This document shows, in pieces, positions 1 to 13,002 of a DNA stretch of 32,000 nt. Source of the stretch: Candidatus Saccharimonadota bacterium (GTDB lineage: Bacteria; Patescibacteriota; Gracilibacteria; Absconditabacterales; Absconditicoccaceae); assembly GCA_000503875.1 (NCBI GenBank), contig CP006913.1, forward strand, positions 1,050,001-1,082,000, given 5' to 3'. The notes beneath the pieces were generated by a model. The model was not told the origin of the DNA, did no database searches, and saw only the letters and a program-made list of their open reading frames with translations. The translations under genes and the position numbers were made by a program. Position 1 is the stretch's first letter. The number at the start of each line of letters is the position of its first letter.

Positions 1-338
1 TAGGAAGATCCAAAGAAGAAAATAAAATAAGAAATGAGAAACAAAAAAAATATAAAAATCCCGAAATAATTAATGAAAAAATATATGAAATTGCAAAACA
101 AGTAAATCAAAGAAACCACATAGAAAATAAATTTGATAGATATTTCAATCTTGACGCTACGAAAACAATATCTGAAAAGCTTCATGAAACTCTTGAAAAG
201 AAAAATATTCGTTTTAAAAATCCAGAAACTGCAGGGAAAATAAGACATATTCTTTCTGAAAAAGATAATTCAGAGAACCTTTCTGATGATGATTTGGCTG
301 CTGCTGCTCAAATGGAAGAAGATCAATATTATAGTTAA
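1..338 (+). CDS. hypothetical protein, C-terminal part (open to window edge)
   Basis: Frame 3 is open from the window edge to TAA at 336-338. Lys/Glu-rich with no recognisable motif. Confidence 0.4.
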   Translation, partial: GRSKEENKIRNEKQKKYKNPEIINEKIYEIAKQVNQRNHIENKFDRYFNLDATKTISEKLHETLEKKNIRFKNPETAGKIRHILSEKDNSENLSDDDLAAAAQMEEDQYYS

Positions 339-387
339 TAGTTTTTTTAACAAAAAAATAAGCATTGCTGCTTATCTAGATTTAATT

Positions 388-458
388 CGAGGGATGAGGG
401 GATTGAACCCCCGACTGCGGTTCCGAAGACCGTCATGTTACCACTACACCAATCCCTC
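388..458 (-). tRNA. tRNA-Arg (anticodon UCG)
   Basis: Hand-folded cloverleaf: acceptor GAGGGAT/ATCCCTC, T-loop TTCAATC, anticodon loop CTTCGGA. One A-C mismatch at the top of the anticodon stem. Confidence 0.65.
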
Positions 459-501
459 ATAGATTGAACTGCCCTTAACTTTTCATCAAAAATTTAACAA
501 T

Positions 502-1275
502 TCACGACTGTATTTGATCAAGAACTTCTTGTTTACCTTTTTCTGGTATCTGGGTATCAGACAACAAAAACGCAACAAGCTTATCTCTCATCTCTTCAGT
601 GAAAGCTTTTTTACTTATTTTCTCAAACTTTTCAATAGCTTCGTGCCATTTAGCAAATACTTCCAACAACTCCCAATCATTAGAAGATATTTGATAAATA
701 ATTCCATTATTTGTTTCTACAAGATCTTTTTTGAGAAAGAGTCCTTGCTGTTGAAGCTGTATAATAATTTCATCTAAATATTCTTGATAATGCAAATATT
801 GTCAAAACAAAGGAAGCTGAATTTTTATGGACATCAATTCCCCTGCTTTCGATTCAAATTTTCCGTATAACAACGTTAATCCATACAACAACGATATTTT
901 TTCTTCTATTGAATCAAATTTCCAGTTACAAGGCGCAGGAATCACAAAATCTACATCCCCGCGTGCCCCTGGCCAAAAATACTTCTGTTCCCCGCTGACT
1001 TCGTCAAACGATACAAACAACCCATATCCCTGCGCCATTGCATCACTTTTCAGATTCAACAATCAACATCCAGAATTTTTTACAAAAATCAAATTCATTC
1101 AATCACCAAAATGTTTGAGATTAACTAATTTAAAATCTTTTTTATGAAGAACAACCATTCATTTATCTCGATCAGAAAATTGATACCCAGCAACCTGATA
1201 GGTATATTGTTTTACCTGAAGTATTTCTGGGTGTTCAACGCACAACAAATTATGCTGATCAATGACAAGTTTCAT
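502..1275 (-). CDS. hypothetical protein (257 aa with TGA=Gly)
   Basis: Track ORFs 502..795 and 802..1062 are in the same frame, separated only by TGA codons. I checked for in-frame TAA/TAG up to the ATG at 1273-1275 and found none. Confidence 0.55.
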
Positions 1276-1312
1276 AGACACACAAATATAAGATAAACAT
1301 TATTATCTATGC

Positions 1313-1933
1313 TCAAATAACAACTTTGCTAGGTACAATAACTGTTCTTTGACCGTTTCTTTCTATATAGAATCCTTGTTGAAAAACTTGTACGATTTTA
1401 CCTTTTTGAGATTCATCCTCTACTGGCAATGTAGATAACGGTTCATGTAATAAACTATCAGGAGCAAGTCCCAAAGATTCAATAGGATAAATATCAAACG
1501 ATGCTAATGTTTTTAACATATTGTCATATACCATTTTTACTCATTGGACAAAAGAATCATTATCCTTTGTTGTATCAGTATGATCCAAGGAAGATTTAAG
1601 CTGATCTATTACTGGAAAAAGCTTTTTCATGTATTTAATTAAGGTATCTATTTCCATTGATTTTTCTTTTTCCAAAGACAATCTCTGTAATCTATCAAAA
1701 TCTGTTTTTAGGTTTATATAATCATACTGAACTTTTTTGGCTATATCCAAAGCCTCTTGTTTTTCTTTTTCCAACAAAGAAATTTTTTCTTTATATTCAT
1801 TTTTTTGTTGTTCAGAAGAAATTGTTTCTTCATCAAGTTTATCTTGTTGAACTTTTTTCAAAGCTTCTTCCAAAGAAGTATCTTCTTGAGAGATTTTATT
1901 CTCATCTTTTTTATGTTCGTCTTTTTTTGTCAT
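1313..1933 (-). CDS. grpE: nucleotide exchange factor GrpE
   Basis: Track ORFs 1313..1534 and 1541..1933 join through one TGA, giving QGVKMV. N-terminal coiled coil plus C-terminal GrpE beta domain (FQQGFYIERNGQRTVIVPSKVVI). Confidence 0.85.
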
Positions 1934-1936
1934 AAT

Positions 1937-2668
1937 TTACAACAAATAATCATCTAAAACAGTTTGTTGAACCGCATACCATTCTGCAAAAGATTGGTTA
2001 TTATCACGAAGTATTTGAGCCAAATCAGTTCATAAATATCTTCGATGTCGACTCTCTTCCATTTGTCCATCTATGTCGACTCATTTTTGATAACTATTAT
2101 GAAATCATCGGTCGGCACCTTTTGTAATAAGCCATTTATAGTATACACTTCATTTTGTAAGTGCTATATATTTACCTTTTTTGGTCATAATACCCAAATC
2201 GATAGCAAGTCATAATTGATGTTCACTAGACCCTACTTCTGCACATTTTAAACGAGAACATCATTTTTTTAATAATGATTCTTGAAATTTTGCCGATCTA
2301 TACGTACTAGTAATAAACAACTTATCTCATTTATTATCCTTCCAAAAATGCCAAGCCAAATCGGCAAATTTTTCTGCTACCTCTTTTCTCAAAAGAAATC
2401 TACTAGCTTTATTTGCAGTAAAGTCTGAATCAATAGCAACAAGGTCAATAGGAACATATGTAGAATCAACTAATAATTGTCAATTACCAAGATATTTTTG
2501 TAAAGAAAGGTCTTCTTTTGTATTATATATAGAAAAATAATTTGGTTCTTGTTCATAAAATTCTATAACCTGATCTTGCATGGCAACAAATCATCCCCAA
2601 CCAAAGACACCACCTAGGATTAAAGATCAAACCAACAAACGAAATCCAGAATATTTAACAATATTCAT
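1937..2668 (-). CDS. VanY-like D-alanyl-D-alanine carboxypeptidase (peptidase M15B)
   Basis: N-terminal TM segment. Motifs TSTYRSAKFQ, SEHQLGLAID and RHRRYLG. Frame checked: only TGA interruptions. Confidence 0.75.
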
Positions 2669-2825
2669 GTACAAATACACAAAACAGATAAAAAATCAGA
2701 TTATATATAGCATTTTATTCCAAAATTTCAACTCAACTTACTATTACAGATATAGTAACCAAAAATTTGCGTTTTTGACTAAAATCGAATATAATTATAA
2801 AGCTTTATTTCGGCAAAACAACTAA

Positions 2826-3785
2826 ATGTCCCAAGAATTCATCCAAGAAATAATACAAACGAGTATTCAGGCAATAAAAGACAACAAAGAGACCAAAAAG
2901 ATATCAGAAGAAAAAGATGTTATAGAAAACACCGAAGATTTGCTTGTAAAACAAAAAAAAACAATTGTAAAAAAATATATCGAGAAAAAAATCGATGATC
3001 CAATTCTTCAACTAACATGAGTTGCAGAAGATTATCTTGTAAGCGAAAATATTCGAGATAAAATAAAAGATAAATTCGTTTTCGAAAAATTCTTAGAAAA
3101 AAGTAATCTAGAAATCAAGACTTTAAACGAAATGAAAGATCTTAAAATAGCGTTGGAAAATGCAGAAACTAAAACAAGTTTAGATCAAATTGAATCTGAT
3201 TTTTTAAGAGAAATACCTGAAGAAAAAGAACAAGAAAAAGAACAAGAAAACAAACAATGAACTGAAAAGGCCCCAGAAGAAAAAGTAATTCCAGAATGAA
3301 CTCCGGGGAATTTTGACGCCCTTCCAGAAACTTACAAAACCTACATAAACAAAATTTCCTCAAAATTCCCCGACCCGAAAAAGTCTCAGATTATAAATTT
3401 TTGACCTATCGTTGTACAAGAGGCTTTAAAACACAAAGAAACAAAAAAAATTGTTGATAAAATTTTTGCACAAATTAATAAAGAGTCATGACGAGATCCT
3501 AAAGCATTAAACGACAAATGAGAACACAGTATAGGATTTATGCAGATAAACAAAAATGCTGGCCATACATGACATATAAATGGACAATTTTATAATATAG
3601 ATGAACCTAATTGAAATATTGCCTATGGAATAAGTTTCCTTGCTGAATGTATAAGAAGGTCAAACGGAAATATTAGAAGAGGTTTTAATATATATAATGG
3701 ATGAGCAAACCTTACCAAACCAACCAAAGACCAATATGCTGAATCTATTATGAAAGATAAACAGTTTAAAGAATATTTAGCTTAA
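2826..3785 (+). CDS. lytic transglycosylase domain protein (SLT-like)
   Basis: 319 aa with TGA=Gly. C-terminal NKESGRDPKALNDKGEHSIGFMQINK (catalytic E-S and GxMQ motifs). Frame checked line by line. Confidence 0.65.
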
Positions 3786-6700
3786 TTTTTATCAGAAAGA
3801 ACATAGATAATTTTTGTTTCGGCAAGTTTATCATGAAGTAACTGCCCATTTTCTCAAGTCCAAAACAAATAAAGATTATACACCCCTAATCATAAATAGA
3901 TAAAAAGTCAGAACATTGCTGCATATCATCAAATCAAAATAGACAACAATCATGTCAAAACCAATGGTCAAATTAATAACAAAAGAAACCAAAACATTCT
4001 TTTTGAAATATGTTTTTTGCTTAAATTTTTTCCATGTAAATCAACTATTTTCATATTCAATGCATCGTGATTTTGTGTCGCACCATTATTTATCCATTGC
4101 ATATATTGTGCTTTAAAATACCAAATAGCATATATTATCAAAAGCAATACAACAAATACAGCAAACCAAACAGATCATAAAAAGCCCAACTCAAAGAAAC
4201 CACTAAATAATATGAGGCCAATAAAAACAACTATTGGTCGCTTAATAAAATTAAAAATTGGAATCAATGCCCTCTTAACAAGCAACACAATTTTTTGTTT
4301 ATCATAGAACAAAGATGGTAGAGCAAATAAGTTTGAAAAAGAACCAAAAAGTAATCAAAATATAATTGTAATAGCCAAGGTTTTCCAAAAATCATCATTA
4401 ATTACTGATGCTAAACCAAGGGTTGCAGCCAAAACATTTACAATAATAGGCTGTAATCTTGATCTGCCAGCATATCTAATAGCTTTCAGAGGTTCCATAC
4501 CTATCCTAATATTCTCGTTTATTTTATAAAGACACAAAATAGAGTCGTTTACTATAATACCTGTCAAAGAAATAAATCAAATTCCAAACATAATACTATA
4601 AGCATTACCAGTTACAAACAATCAAATATTAGCTCCCAATAATCATACAGCAATACTATACATTATGATAGCTGGTTGGAGATAACTATTTAATTGGAAT
4701 ACCAAAATACCAAATATAGCAAAGATCGCTATTAAAAATGCCATCAACATAGCATTTATTAAATCCGCATTTTCTTGATTTTCACCAGACTGTTTATAGG
4801 TGATTCCATCAGGAAATATATACGAAGAAGCGTAGGTATCTAATTGTGATTGAATTTGATTTGATGTATATCATAACTCAAGATTAGCGTCTATAACAAT
4901 AGATATTTTTGTATCCTCTCTCGAAACTGCGCTTATAGCATTATCAAAAGAATAAGTAGATATATCGCCAAAATTAATTTGACCAGCTTGTGTATTTATA
5001 TTTATTTGATCTAAATCAGAAGGAGTCATTCATTTATCAAAACCATCATATTTTAATTTTATATTATGATTGTCTAGCTGTCATTTTAAAGTTCAAGCAT
5101 TTCGCCCATTAGTTAGTGCATATAAATCTAGATACAAAGACCCTGGCGTTAGTCATAACATAGAAAGCTTGGCAGCATCAAGAGTATAAACAAACTGACC
5201 GGGCGTTTCTTGAGAAGAATTTCAAACATTCTTGACACCAGGAATATCACGTAAATAGTTTTCAAAATCTCTAGATATCTCTATAAGATTTTGCATTTTT
5301 TTGTTTGAATCAGCAATAAGTTTAATTCAGACTTCTTTTGTTCCTGGAGGTCAATCTTTTAATGCAGCTATATTAATTCTAAGGCCGTACGATCTTAAAA
5401 AATTTAATTCTTTATCAAAATATTTTTCAAGAACAAATACATTTCTCATTCAATCTTTTTTTCTCTCTATCGGATCCAAAAATTCCAAATTAATAGACAC
5501 AGAATTTCCCATAACATTATAACTATATACTTTTATTTCAGGGGTATTTGCCAAGATATCATCTAAAGTTTGACCAGCTTTATTGGTAAAATATAGCTGT
5601 TTTTCCATTTCTTTGTTAGTTAATCCTTTCTTCCCAACAATAGACATTGTCATATATCAATTATCATTATCCGGAAAAAGTTTAAATCAAATAAGTGGAG
5701 CAAGGAACACAAAGCTAACCACCAATCCTATAAGCGGAATCATAACAGCCCAAAATCTTCTTTTAACATTTTCTGTTACCCAAGTAATTTTTTCAAAATA
5801 CCAATCATTTATTTTATTTAACATATTCTCACGAAAAGAAAGACTTTGATGATCTTTTTGTTCCTTATCCTTTCTATCATCCTCCAAAAGAGCAAGATCT
5901 TCTTTGTTCATATATTGTATTTGTTCTTCGTCATTTTCAAAGTAATTTTTTTTCTTGGCTATTTTGAAATAAAGGGCAGAATTTATAGTCAATCAAATAA
6001 ACAATGCTGCAAGTAAGGTAGAGAAAATAGTTATCGGAATATATGCCAAAAATTTTCCCATAATACCAGGTAACATAAGCATTGGTAAGAAAACAACAAC
6101 ATTGGTTATTGTCGCAGTGATTAATGGTCACTTATATTCTTTAACAGTTAATAAAATGGCATTTTTGGGATTGTATCAAAGTTTTATTTTTTCATTTGCT
6201 CACTCTATAATTACGATCGTAGTATCTACCGCTATAGAAAATGTAATCAAAAAACTAAAATTGGTCAAAAAATTTAACGTCATTCCCATCTGATCAAGGA
6301 CAATAAACGTTACCAACAATGCCAGAGGAAATGTAGTCGCTGCAATCAATGATTCTCTAATCCCAACCAAGACAAGCAAAGACAAAAATACCAAAACAAT
6401 ACTTTGCAAAAAATTATTTATAAGGCCATCATAATCTTTACTAATTAATTCTGACATATCGCTCGTATACAATACACTGAGTCAATCATAATCATATTTA
6501 TTCAATTCATCTTCCAATAATTCTTTAGCAGAAGTTGATGCGTCAAAAATATTCGCACCAGATTTTTTATTGAATTTAAGAGCAACATAATTTTGTCCAG
6601 TGATTTGATATGCTCATAATCTATAAAAATTATCATCATTTAATCTCTTTTCTATTTTTGCGATATCTTTGAGATAGATAAATCATTCACGTGTTGTAAT

Positions 6701-7510
6701 TGGTATATTTTTAAGCTGTTCTAATGTATCAAAAGATCCTTGAATTCTAAAATCGTAAGAAAATTGATCTATAACATGACTTCCCAATGGTTGATTCTTG
6801 TTCCACTGCTGCAATATTTGTCAAAGTTGCAAAAAATTCATTCCAAGTGCTTCTAATTTATCTTTATTTACAAGAACATAGACATCATATGTTTGACTAT
6901 TTCATCAAATTCAATCTACAGATTCCATACCAGCATATCATCAAACATCAATAGTGGTAATAGATCCTTTTCCAGCCAAATTTGATTTTATTCTTCTTGC
7001 TTTTTCTACAAGATATAATTGTGAATATATGTCTTTTTCTCCATATAATAAAACATTAAACATTAATTCATTATCTGATGATATTTCTGTGACAACAGGT
7101 TCTTCTGCATCACTAGGTAAATCTGCTTTATCAACAGAATCTTTGATATCTACAATAACATCATTGGTGTTCGCATCATTTTCTAATTCCAAAATAATAC
7201 TAGAAAATCATACAACACTTGTGGATGTTATTTTTTTAATTCATTGGATATCTTTTATTTCTTGTTCTATTTTTTCAGTAATCAAATTATCAATATCCTG
7301 TGGATTTACTCATTGATAAACTGTACCTACACTAATAATACCAAAGTCTATGTCTGGTGACGTTTCTTTGGGAATCTCATAGACAGAAAAAATTCATACA
7401 ACAATAATTAACGCAACCAAAACAAAAGTAAATCTCCATTTTTGTACCCAAAAACCAAAAAAACCAGACTCTATTTTTTTCTTGATTTTTTCTAAAGATA
7501 TTTTTTTCAT
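3782..7510 (-). CDS. RND-family efflux transporter permease (AcrB/HAE-like), 1242 aa
   Basis: Five track fragments (4355.., 5450.., 5687.., 6200.., 6941..) share one frame. N-terminal TM plus periplasmic loop motifs, and C-terminal GLLFGSFSNLFALPSLFY. The 3782-4354 stretch was checked for TAA/TAG and none was found. Confidence 0.85.
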
Positions 7511-7531
7511 AATCAAGTATGAAGGTAAAAT

Positions 7532-9274
7532 TTATTTTTTTATTTTAAGACTAAATTTAGAAGGATCAAAATAAGAAACATCGTTAGTAACAATATTTGC
7601 ACCATTATATAATCAAGAGAAAATTTCAATATAGGTATCCCAAACACGTCAAAGAATAACAGATTGTTTTTGAATACCAGTACCATCATATACTCGAACA
7701 AATCATTTGTTTTCTGTTACGGGTGTTATTACATTGATAGGAAGGACAGAAAATGGCAATGAAATAGGGAGTTTTACAGAAGCAATACCACCCAAAAGGG
7801 AAACAGAATCACCAAATCAAACAGTTACTTTATATAAGGTTGTCTTATCTGCTACAGAAGAAACAGATAAAATAGTTCCCGTAAAATCAAGTCATCAATA
7901 AGAAATTTTAGCAAGCTGTTTAAGTGAAAGATATCAACGTTCCTCAGCGGTTACATATACTTCAATAGTTTGTTTGTCGTTACTAGAAAGCGTAAAAAGA
8001 GGCGTTCCTGGACCAACCTCTTGTCAAATATCAACAAGAATATTTCAAATGACTCAATTAATTGGAGCTTTTACTGACAAATTATTAAATCTACTCAAAG
8101 CATCTTGATAAGAAAGATTTGCCTCACTGACAGCATTGTTTGCCATACTAATTTGTATGTCTTTGTTTTTCAACAAATTATCATAATTAGTTTCAGCGCT
8201 TTTTACACCAACTTCAGTAGAAAAAAGCGTATTATGAGAATTAATACGAGCTATATCATAGCCAATTTTTGCCTGTTCTTTTGTGACTTCAATTAAGTTT
8301 CATCAAGTACCTTGAGACAATAAAGCATTAACCTGTCTACGATATGCTGAAACACCCGTTTTTGCTCCCTGTAAAGATCACAACAAACCATCAACTTTTG
8401 CTCTATATCAATCAAGCATCCCCTGAGACAAAGATGATGTTACAATAGAATTTGTTATAACAATTTTCATTGTGTCCAACAATTGATTTGCTTTATTATA
8501 TCATTTTTCAATTATATCAACACCGCTTAAAACAACTTTTGAATCATTGGTATTTGAACTTAAATCTGATATTTTTTCTCTTAAATCATATAAATCTAGA
8601 ACATATTGCTTTGCGTTTACTTTTGTATCAACGTCATTTCATCACAAATAAGGTTCATAATATCTATTTATGTTCTCATATTCTTCAGTCACTCACAAAT
8701 AAGTATCCAATTGATTAAGAATGGTGTCAATTACATTTAATGCATTGTTTTTTTCCAAGTCAAATTGAAGATATATATTTTGAGATTGAGCTGTTGCACT
8801 AGAAAAATCAAGCTCTGCTTTTTTTAAAGATTGTTCTGTGGTTAATTTACCAACAGAGTAATTATTTTGAGCAACGTCCAAAGCAGTTGATACATCTGTT
8901 AAAGATTTATCAAGAGAGACTTTGGTTTGTTCTTTTTGTAAAGAAGCCCTATTAATAGCGTTTTTTGCCCTTTGAACTTGTAACCCATAATTAGCAACAG
9001 TGTCTGAAATTATTACCACTAACTGTTCACCAGATACTAAAGCGCCATCTTTCATTTCAATAGATTTTACTCTACCCGCAACTTGAGATGTCACAACAAT
9101 ATCTTGACTTCAAGCAACCCTACCAGGCTTAGAAATGAATATTTCTTGATCTAAATTATTAAATGACATTGTTTCAATAAAAAAATCTTGTTTATTGTCT
9201 TCGGTATTATTTGAACATCAAGCCAACAAACCAACAACTAATAATACAAATAGTCATATAAGATATTTTTTCAT
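7532..9274 (-). CDS. efflux adaptor (membrane fusion protein), lipoprotein
   Basis: Signal peptide with lipobox LLAGC, where the G is TGA. Lipoyl-like TSQVAGRVKSI plus a long coiled coil. Whole frame checked: only TGA interruptions. Confidence 0.75.
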
Positions 9275-9300
9275 ATAATCAAAAAAACAAAAATAAAGAA

Positions 9301-9540
9301 TTATTTTTTAATACGAGCTAATTCCTCTTGCATCATAGAGACAAAAGACTCCAAATCTGTAGATTTAATAAGTCAAATAGCCTTACCATGTTTCACAGTG
9401 ACTATCATACTATCACCAGGGTTAAGATCTATCATTTTTCTCACTTCATTGGGAATAACAATTTGTCCTTTTGCACCGACAACAACATTACCAAAAATTT
9501 GAATATTTGAACACTCTGGATGATTTGAATCTATCTGCAT
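9301..9540 (-). CDS. AbrB/MazE/SpoVT-family DNA-binding protein
   Basis: 79 aa. GQIVIPNEVRKMIDLNPGDSMIV is a typical SpoVT-AbrB looped-hinge-helix motif. Confidence 0.7.
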
Positions 9541-9605
9541 AATATATATAAAATAGATAAAGTATGATTTGTATAACTTTTCATACCTTTAATTCAAGAG
9601 AAATT

Positions 9606-10313
9606 TTATCTTTTTATCCAAAATAGACTATCTAGATGTAATGATGAAATACCAGAAATTTTTGATAATTCATATGTTTTTGCAATAATTTCTTTGTCAG
9701 AAAGCGCACCATAACTAATCAAAAATAACTTTCTAATTCTAGAATCTACAGGAATAGCGACATCCAAAGGATATGGAACAAATTTATCATAAACAACTCT
9801 TGCGGCATACCCAAACATTTTTACTGCAAAACAAAGAGTTTTAGACCAAATAGGTACTGACATAGCTTGTCATAAATCCTGCCACAAACCAACCATATCA
9901 TCATGATAAAGGTCCATCGATTTCAAAGAAAATTGAGATAGTTTTTTTAATCTAGCTACTTTAATATTGTATAACCTTTTATTGTATTTTGACGTGATCA
10001 TCAAATTATACCATCGATCAAAACTAGCTTTTCATTGTATAAAATCAAGTAACAATATATCAAAATCAGACTTTAATTTTTCTGCAAATTCCTCCCATCG
10101 TAACTCGCCACTTCACGCTATTTGATAACTTATCAACGCATTGTATATTACCGCTCTCAAAAACACTTCTTGAACTACCTTATTATCAACATCACCAAAA
10201 TCACGATTTTTAATCAATTCCCAAGCTGACCTTAATGCCAAAAATTGCCTATCAGATTCCTCTATAGCAACAATTTCTTCAAATGAATAATCAGCGATAA
10301 GCTTGGTTAGCAT
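9606..10313 (-). CDS. AGOG-type N-glycosylase/DNA lyase (8-oxoguanine)
   Basis: Two track ORFs joined through TGAs. NALISYQIAGSGE, KTLCFAVKMFGYAARVVYDKFVPYPLDVAIPVD and LHLDSLFW match the archaeal-type AGOG family as I remember it. Confidence 0.8.
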
Positions 10314-10375
10314 AGGACAAAAAAATCTCTAAACAATCAGAGTATAGAGATTTAGCAAACAAGGTAAATACTTTT

Positions 10376-12049
10376 TTATTGAAGTTGATCAAATACTTTT
10401 TTTTCTGTAGATTTCATAAACATTTGTTTAATAGCGTCAACCAATGACAAAGAAGATAAATATACATAACGATTGATGTGTAAAATATCTGATATATTAA
10501 ATTTTTTCATTTTTTCTTTTCCCATTTCTTTGCTTAAATTTTCCAAAAATACTTTGTCTGCGAGCTTAATATCAGCAACAACCTCAAGCATTTTTGGTAG
10601 AACTTCATCAGTAGTTTTTTCATCAATAACCTCAGAAATAATTTTATAAAGACGAACTACCATAGACCTAAAAAGTTCATATTGTTTATATAGCCATGGT
10701 GAAGGTGTTTCTTCCAAAAATCTAATATTATGAACAATATCTTTCATATATTTTGCAGTTGCAACTGCCAAAGAAATAGCCGAATATAATTCATCAATGG
10801 TATCAATATCACTACTCTTGGTTGTGTGTCTTTTTGTGTGAGAAGCAAAAGACACCAAAGACGCTTCTATCATTTTTATTGTCAAATATTCTTGTTCCAA
10901 AATAGCTTCATCGACAGCTTTTTGGTGAGCCAAAATTCCATCTACATCCAAGTGCGATTTCAACAAAATTTTCTCATCAACAGACCAAATATGTAAAACG
11001 TAGACAAATGTTTTTTTCAACAATTTGACGGTATCTTTTTTGATAGCAATAATCGCTGCCTCAGGAACGGCTGGATCTACTTGCTCCAATGACAATCAAA
11101 GCAACGTTTCTTTATCCGGAAATAATCGCTGCAAAAAACGAGTAAAATATCATACAAAAGGGGCCATCAAAAGAACTCAAATAATTTTAAATCAGATAGC
11201 AAACATCGATAACCCAAAAACTACATCAGCAAAGACATTGTCCAATAAGACAACTATCCATGGCAAAAACAACAATCACAAAACAACAGAAAAGAGATTG
11301 AAAAACACATGACTAAATGCCACCTGCTTTTTTAAAACATTAGGACCCAAAGATCACAAGACAACCGTCAATGTTGTCCCCAAAAAAGCACCCATAATCA
11401 AAGGAATTCCCATGCGATAGTCGACAATTCCAGAGCTCGCTGCTGTCAAAACCAAAATAGTCGTTGCAGAGCTTGATTGCATCAAAACAGTTACCAAAAA
11501 ACCTATCCCAAAATAAGCAATGCTCGACAGTGACACATATTGACCAAAATCAACTGATGCGGACAACACCATCATACTATCTTTCATAAATCAAAGCCCC
11601 AGAAAGATAAGTCCAAGTCAAACAAAGGCTCTAGAAATATTTTTGATTTTTCCATATCTCGAAAAAATAAGAAACGCAAAGCCAGCAATCCCTATCATAG
11701 GCAAAGCGATGCTCGACAATGAAAATTTAAGTCCCAAATTTCCCAACACAATATCCATAAGCGGAGCTCCTATATTAGTTCCCAAAATAATTCCAATTGC
11801 ATTTTCTAATCAAATAATTCCTGCACCCACAAAAGAAACTGCTATCAAAGAAACTACCGCACTACTTTGCAAAATAGACGTAGCAAAAAAACCAGTAGAA
11901 ATAGATGAAATCAGGTTTTTCGTTGCTGTTCTCAAAAGATTTTTTAAATTTTTAGTCACCAAAAAACTTATAGCTTCCTCAAAAGCCATAGTTCCAAATA
12001 AGAACATTCCAAGTCATCATACTAACAATCAAATTTGTTCCCAAGTCAT
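10376..12049 (-). CDS. Na/Pi cotransporter family protein with PhoU-like C-terminal domain
   Basis: Track fragments 10376.., 11354.. and 11810.. are in one frame. Two QSSSA repeats (LQSSAVVS, MQSSSATT) and a helical C-terminal half. Confidence 0.8.
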
Positions 12050-12158
12050 AGAATATAGATCAAGTAAATCTGTTAACTATACTATAATTATACCCAAGAA
12101 CGTTTTTTTTGCAAAAAAAAGGACGTAAAATACGCCCTCTTACAATAACCAAAATATA

Positions 12159-12545
12159 TTAACTTTTCTTTGGCATAAGCTTATGAAGATATGCAGAATA
12201 TGCCATATCAACAGCTTTTTGTAATTTTTGTTTGTCGGATGGTGTTTTCAAAATTTTTGCCAACATTTCTTGAAGAATGTCCAGGCCCTGTTTCATCATT
12301 TGTTGTCTTTCTTGAGGAGAAAGATCAAGAACAATGGCAACTTTTTTATTTTTGCGTTTTTGCCATTCAATAATGGCACGAAAAATAAATCCTCTTATTG
12401 CCATATCGCTCATGTCTACAAACGGTGACATTATCCGAGAAATACCATCCATCAACTCCCTATATTCTTTGGGAAGCTCAACCTTTTCGTACTCAGCGGC
12501 GGCATTCTGAACTTCTACCGCATTAAAACCAATTTTTGTTATCAT
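12159..12545 (-). CDS. hypothetical protein (128 aa)
   Basis: Intact ORF with ATG start and no in-frame TGA. No motif recognised. Confidence 0.45.
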   Translation of the reverse strand: MITKIGFNAVEVQNAAAEYEKVELPKEYRELMDGISRIMSPFVDMSDMAIRGFIFRAIIEWQKRKNKKVAIVLDLSPQERQQMMKQGLDILQEMLAKILKTPSDKQKLQKAVDMAYSAYLHKLMPKKS

Positions 12546-12611
12546 ATATTTAGATTTAATTGTGTTTTGAAAATTATTATAACAAATTCTTGTTAATTGT
12601 CAATTTAATTA

Positions 12612-12860
12612 TTATTTCCTCAATACATACAAACAAAAGAATCTGAATATTTGTCTATACTGTCTAATTTTATATAACGATCTACCTTTATTTTTCATAT
12701 TGGCTAGAAATTCACGAAACATTTGCTGATTAAACATCTCCATTGATCCATGACACCAAAGAAAAAACAATCCAAGATAAATACAATATCTTTCAACTTT
12801 TTTCTCACTATAGCCCCTAAGCAACAATTCTTGTTTGAATTGCATCATAAGTTTCGCCAT
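12612..12860 (-). pseudogene. remnant of a second tyrosine recombinase (N-terminal SAM-like domain only)
   Basis: MAKLMMQFKQELLLRGYSEKKVERYCIYL...IRQYRQIFRFFCLYVL aligns by pattern with the N-terminus of the neighbouring integrase (LSRELQQRNYSPRTVEIYSNCL...INLYKEVIKFFCSQIL). It stops after about 82 aa and has no catalytic domain. Confidence 0.55.
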
Positions 12861-12900
12861 AATACCGGACATAAAAGATAAATTTAAACAAACCAAGGAA

Positions 12901-13002
12901 GAGAAAGATTTCCTTATCAAAGGACCGATACATCCTCTCCCTCATGTTCGCCGAAATTCTAACAATCCCAAAAAAGAAAAAAACTGACAAAAGTAGGACA
13001 AA
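12901..13002. repeat. 102-bp direct repeat, copy 1
   Basis: Matches 14423-14524. The core CTC(C)CTCATGTTCGCCGAAATTCTA[A/G]CAAT[C/T]CCA[A/G]AAAAGAAAAAAACTGACAAAA[G/A]TAGGACAAA is near-identical. It ends exactly at the integrase stop codon. Confidence 0.85.

Noticed and set aside
11643-12128. 161-aa plus-strand track ORF
   Set aside because: It lies antisense to the Na/Pi cotransporter, whose QSSSA motifs and continuous frame are clear. It is low-complexity shadow ORF.
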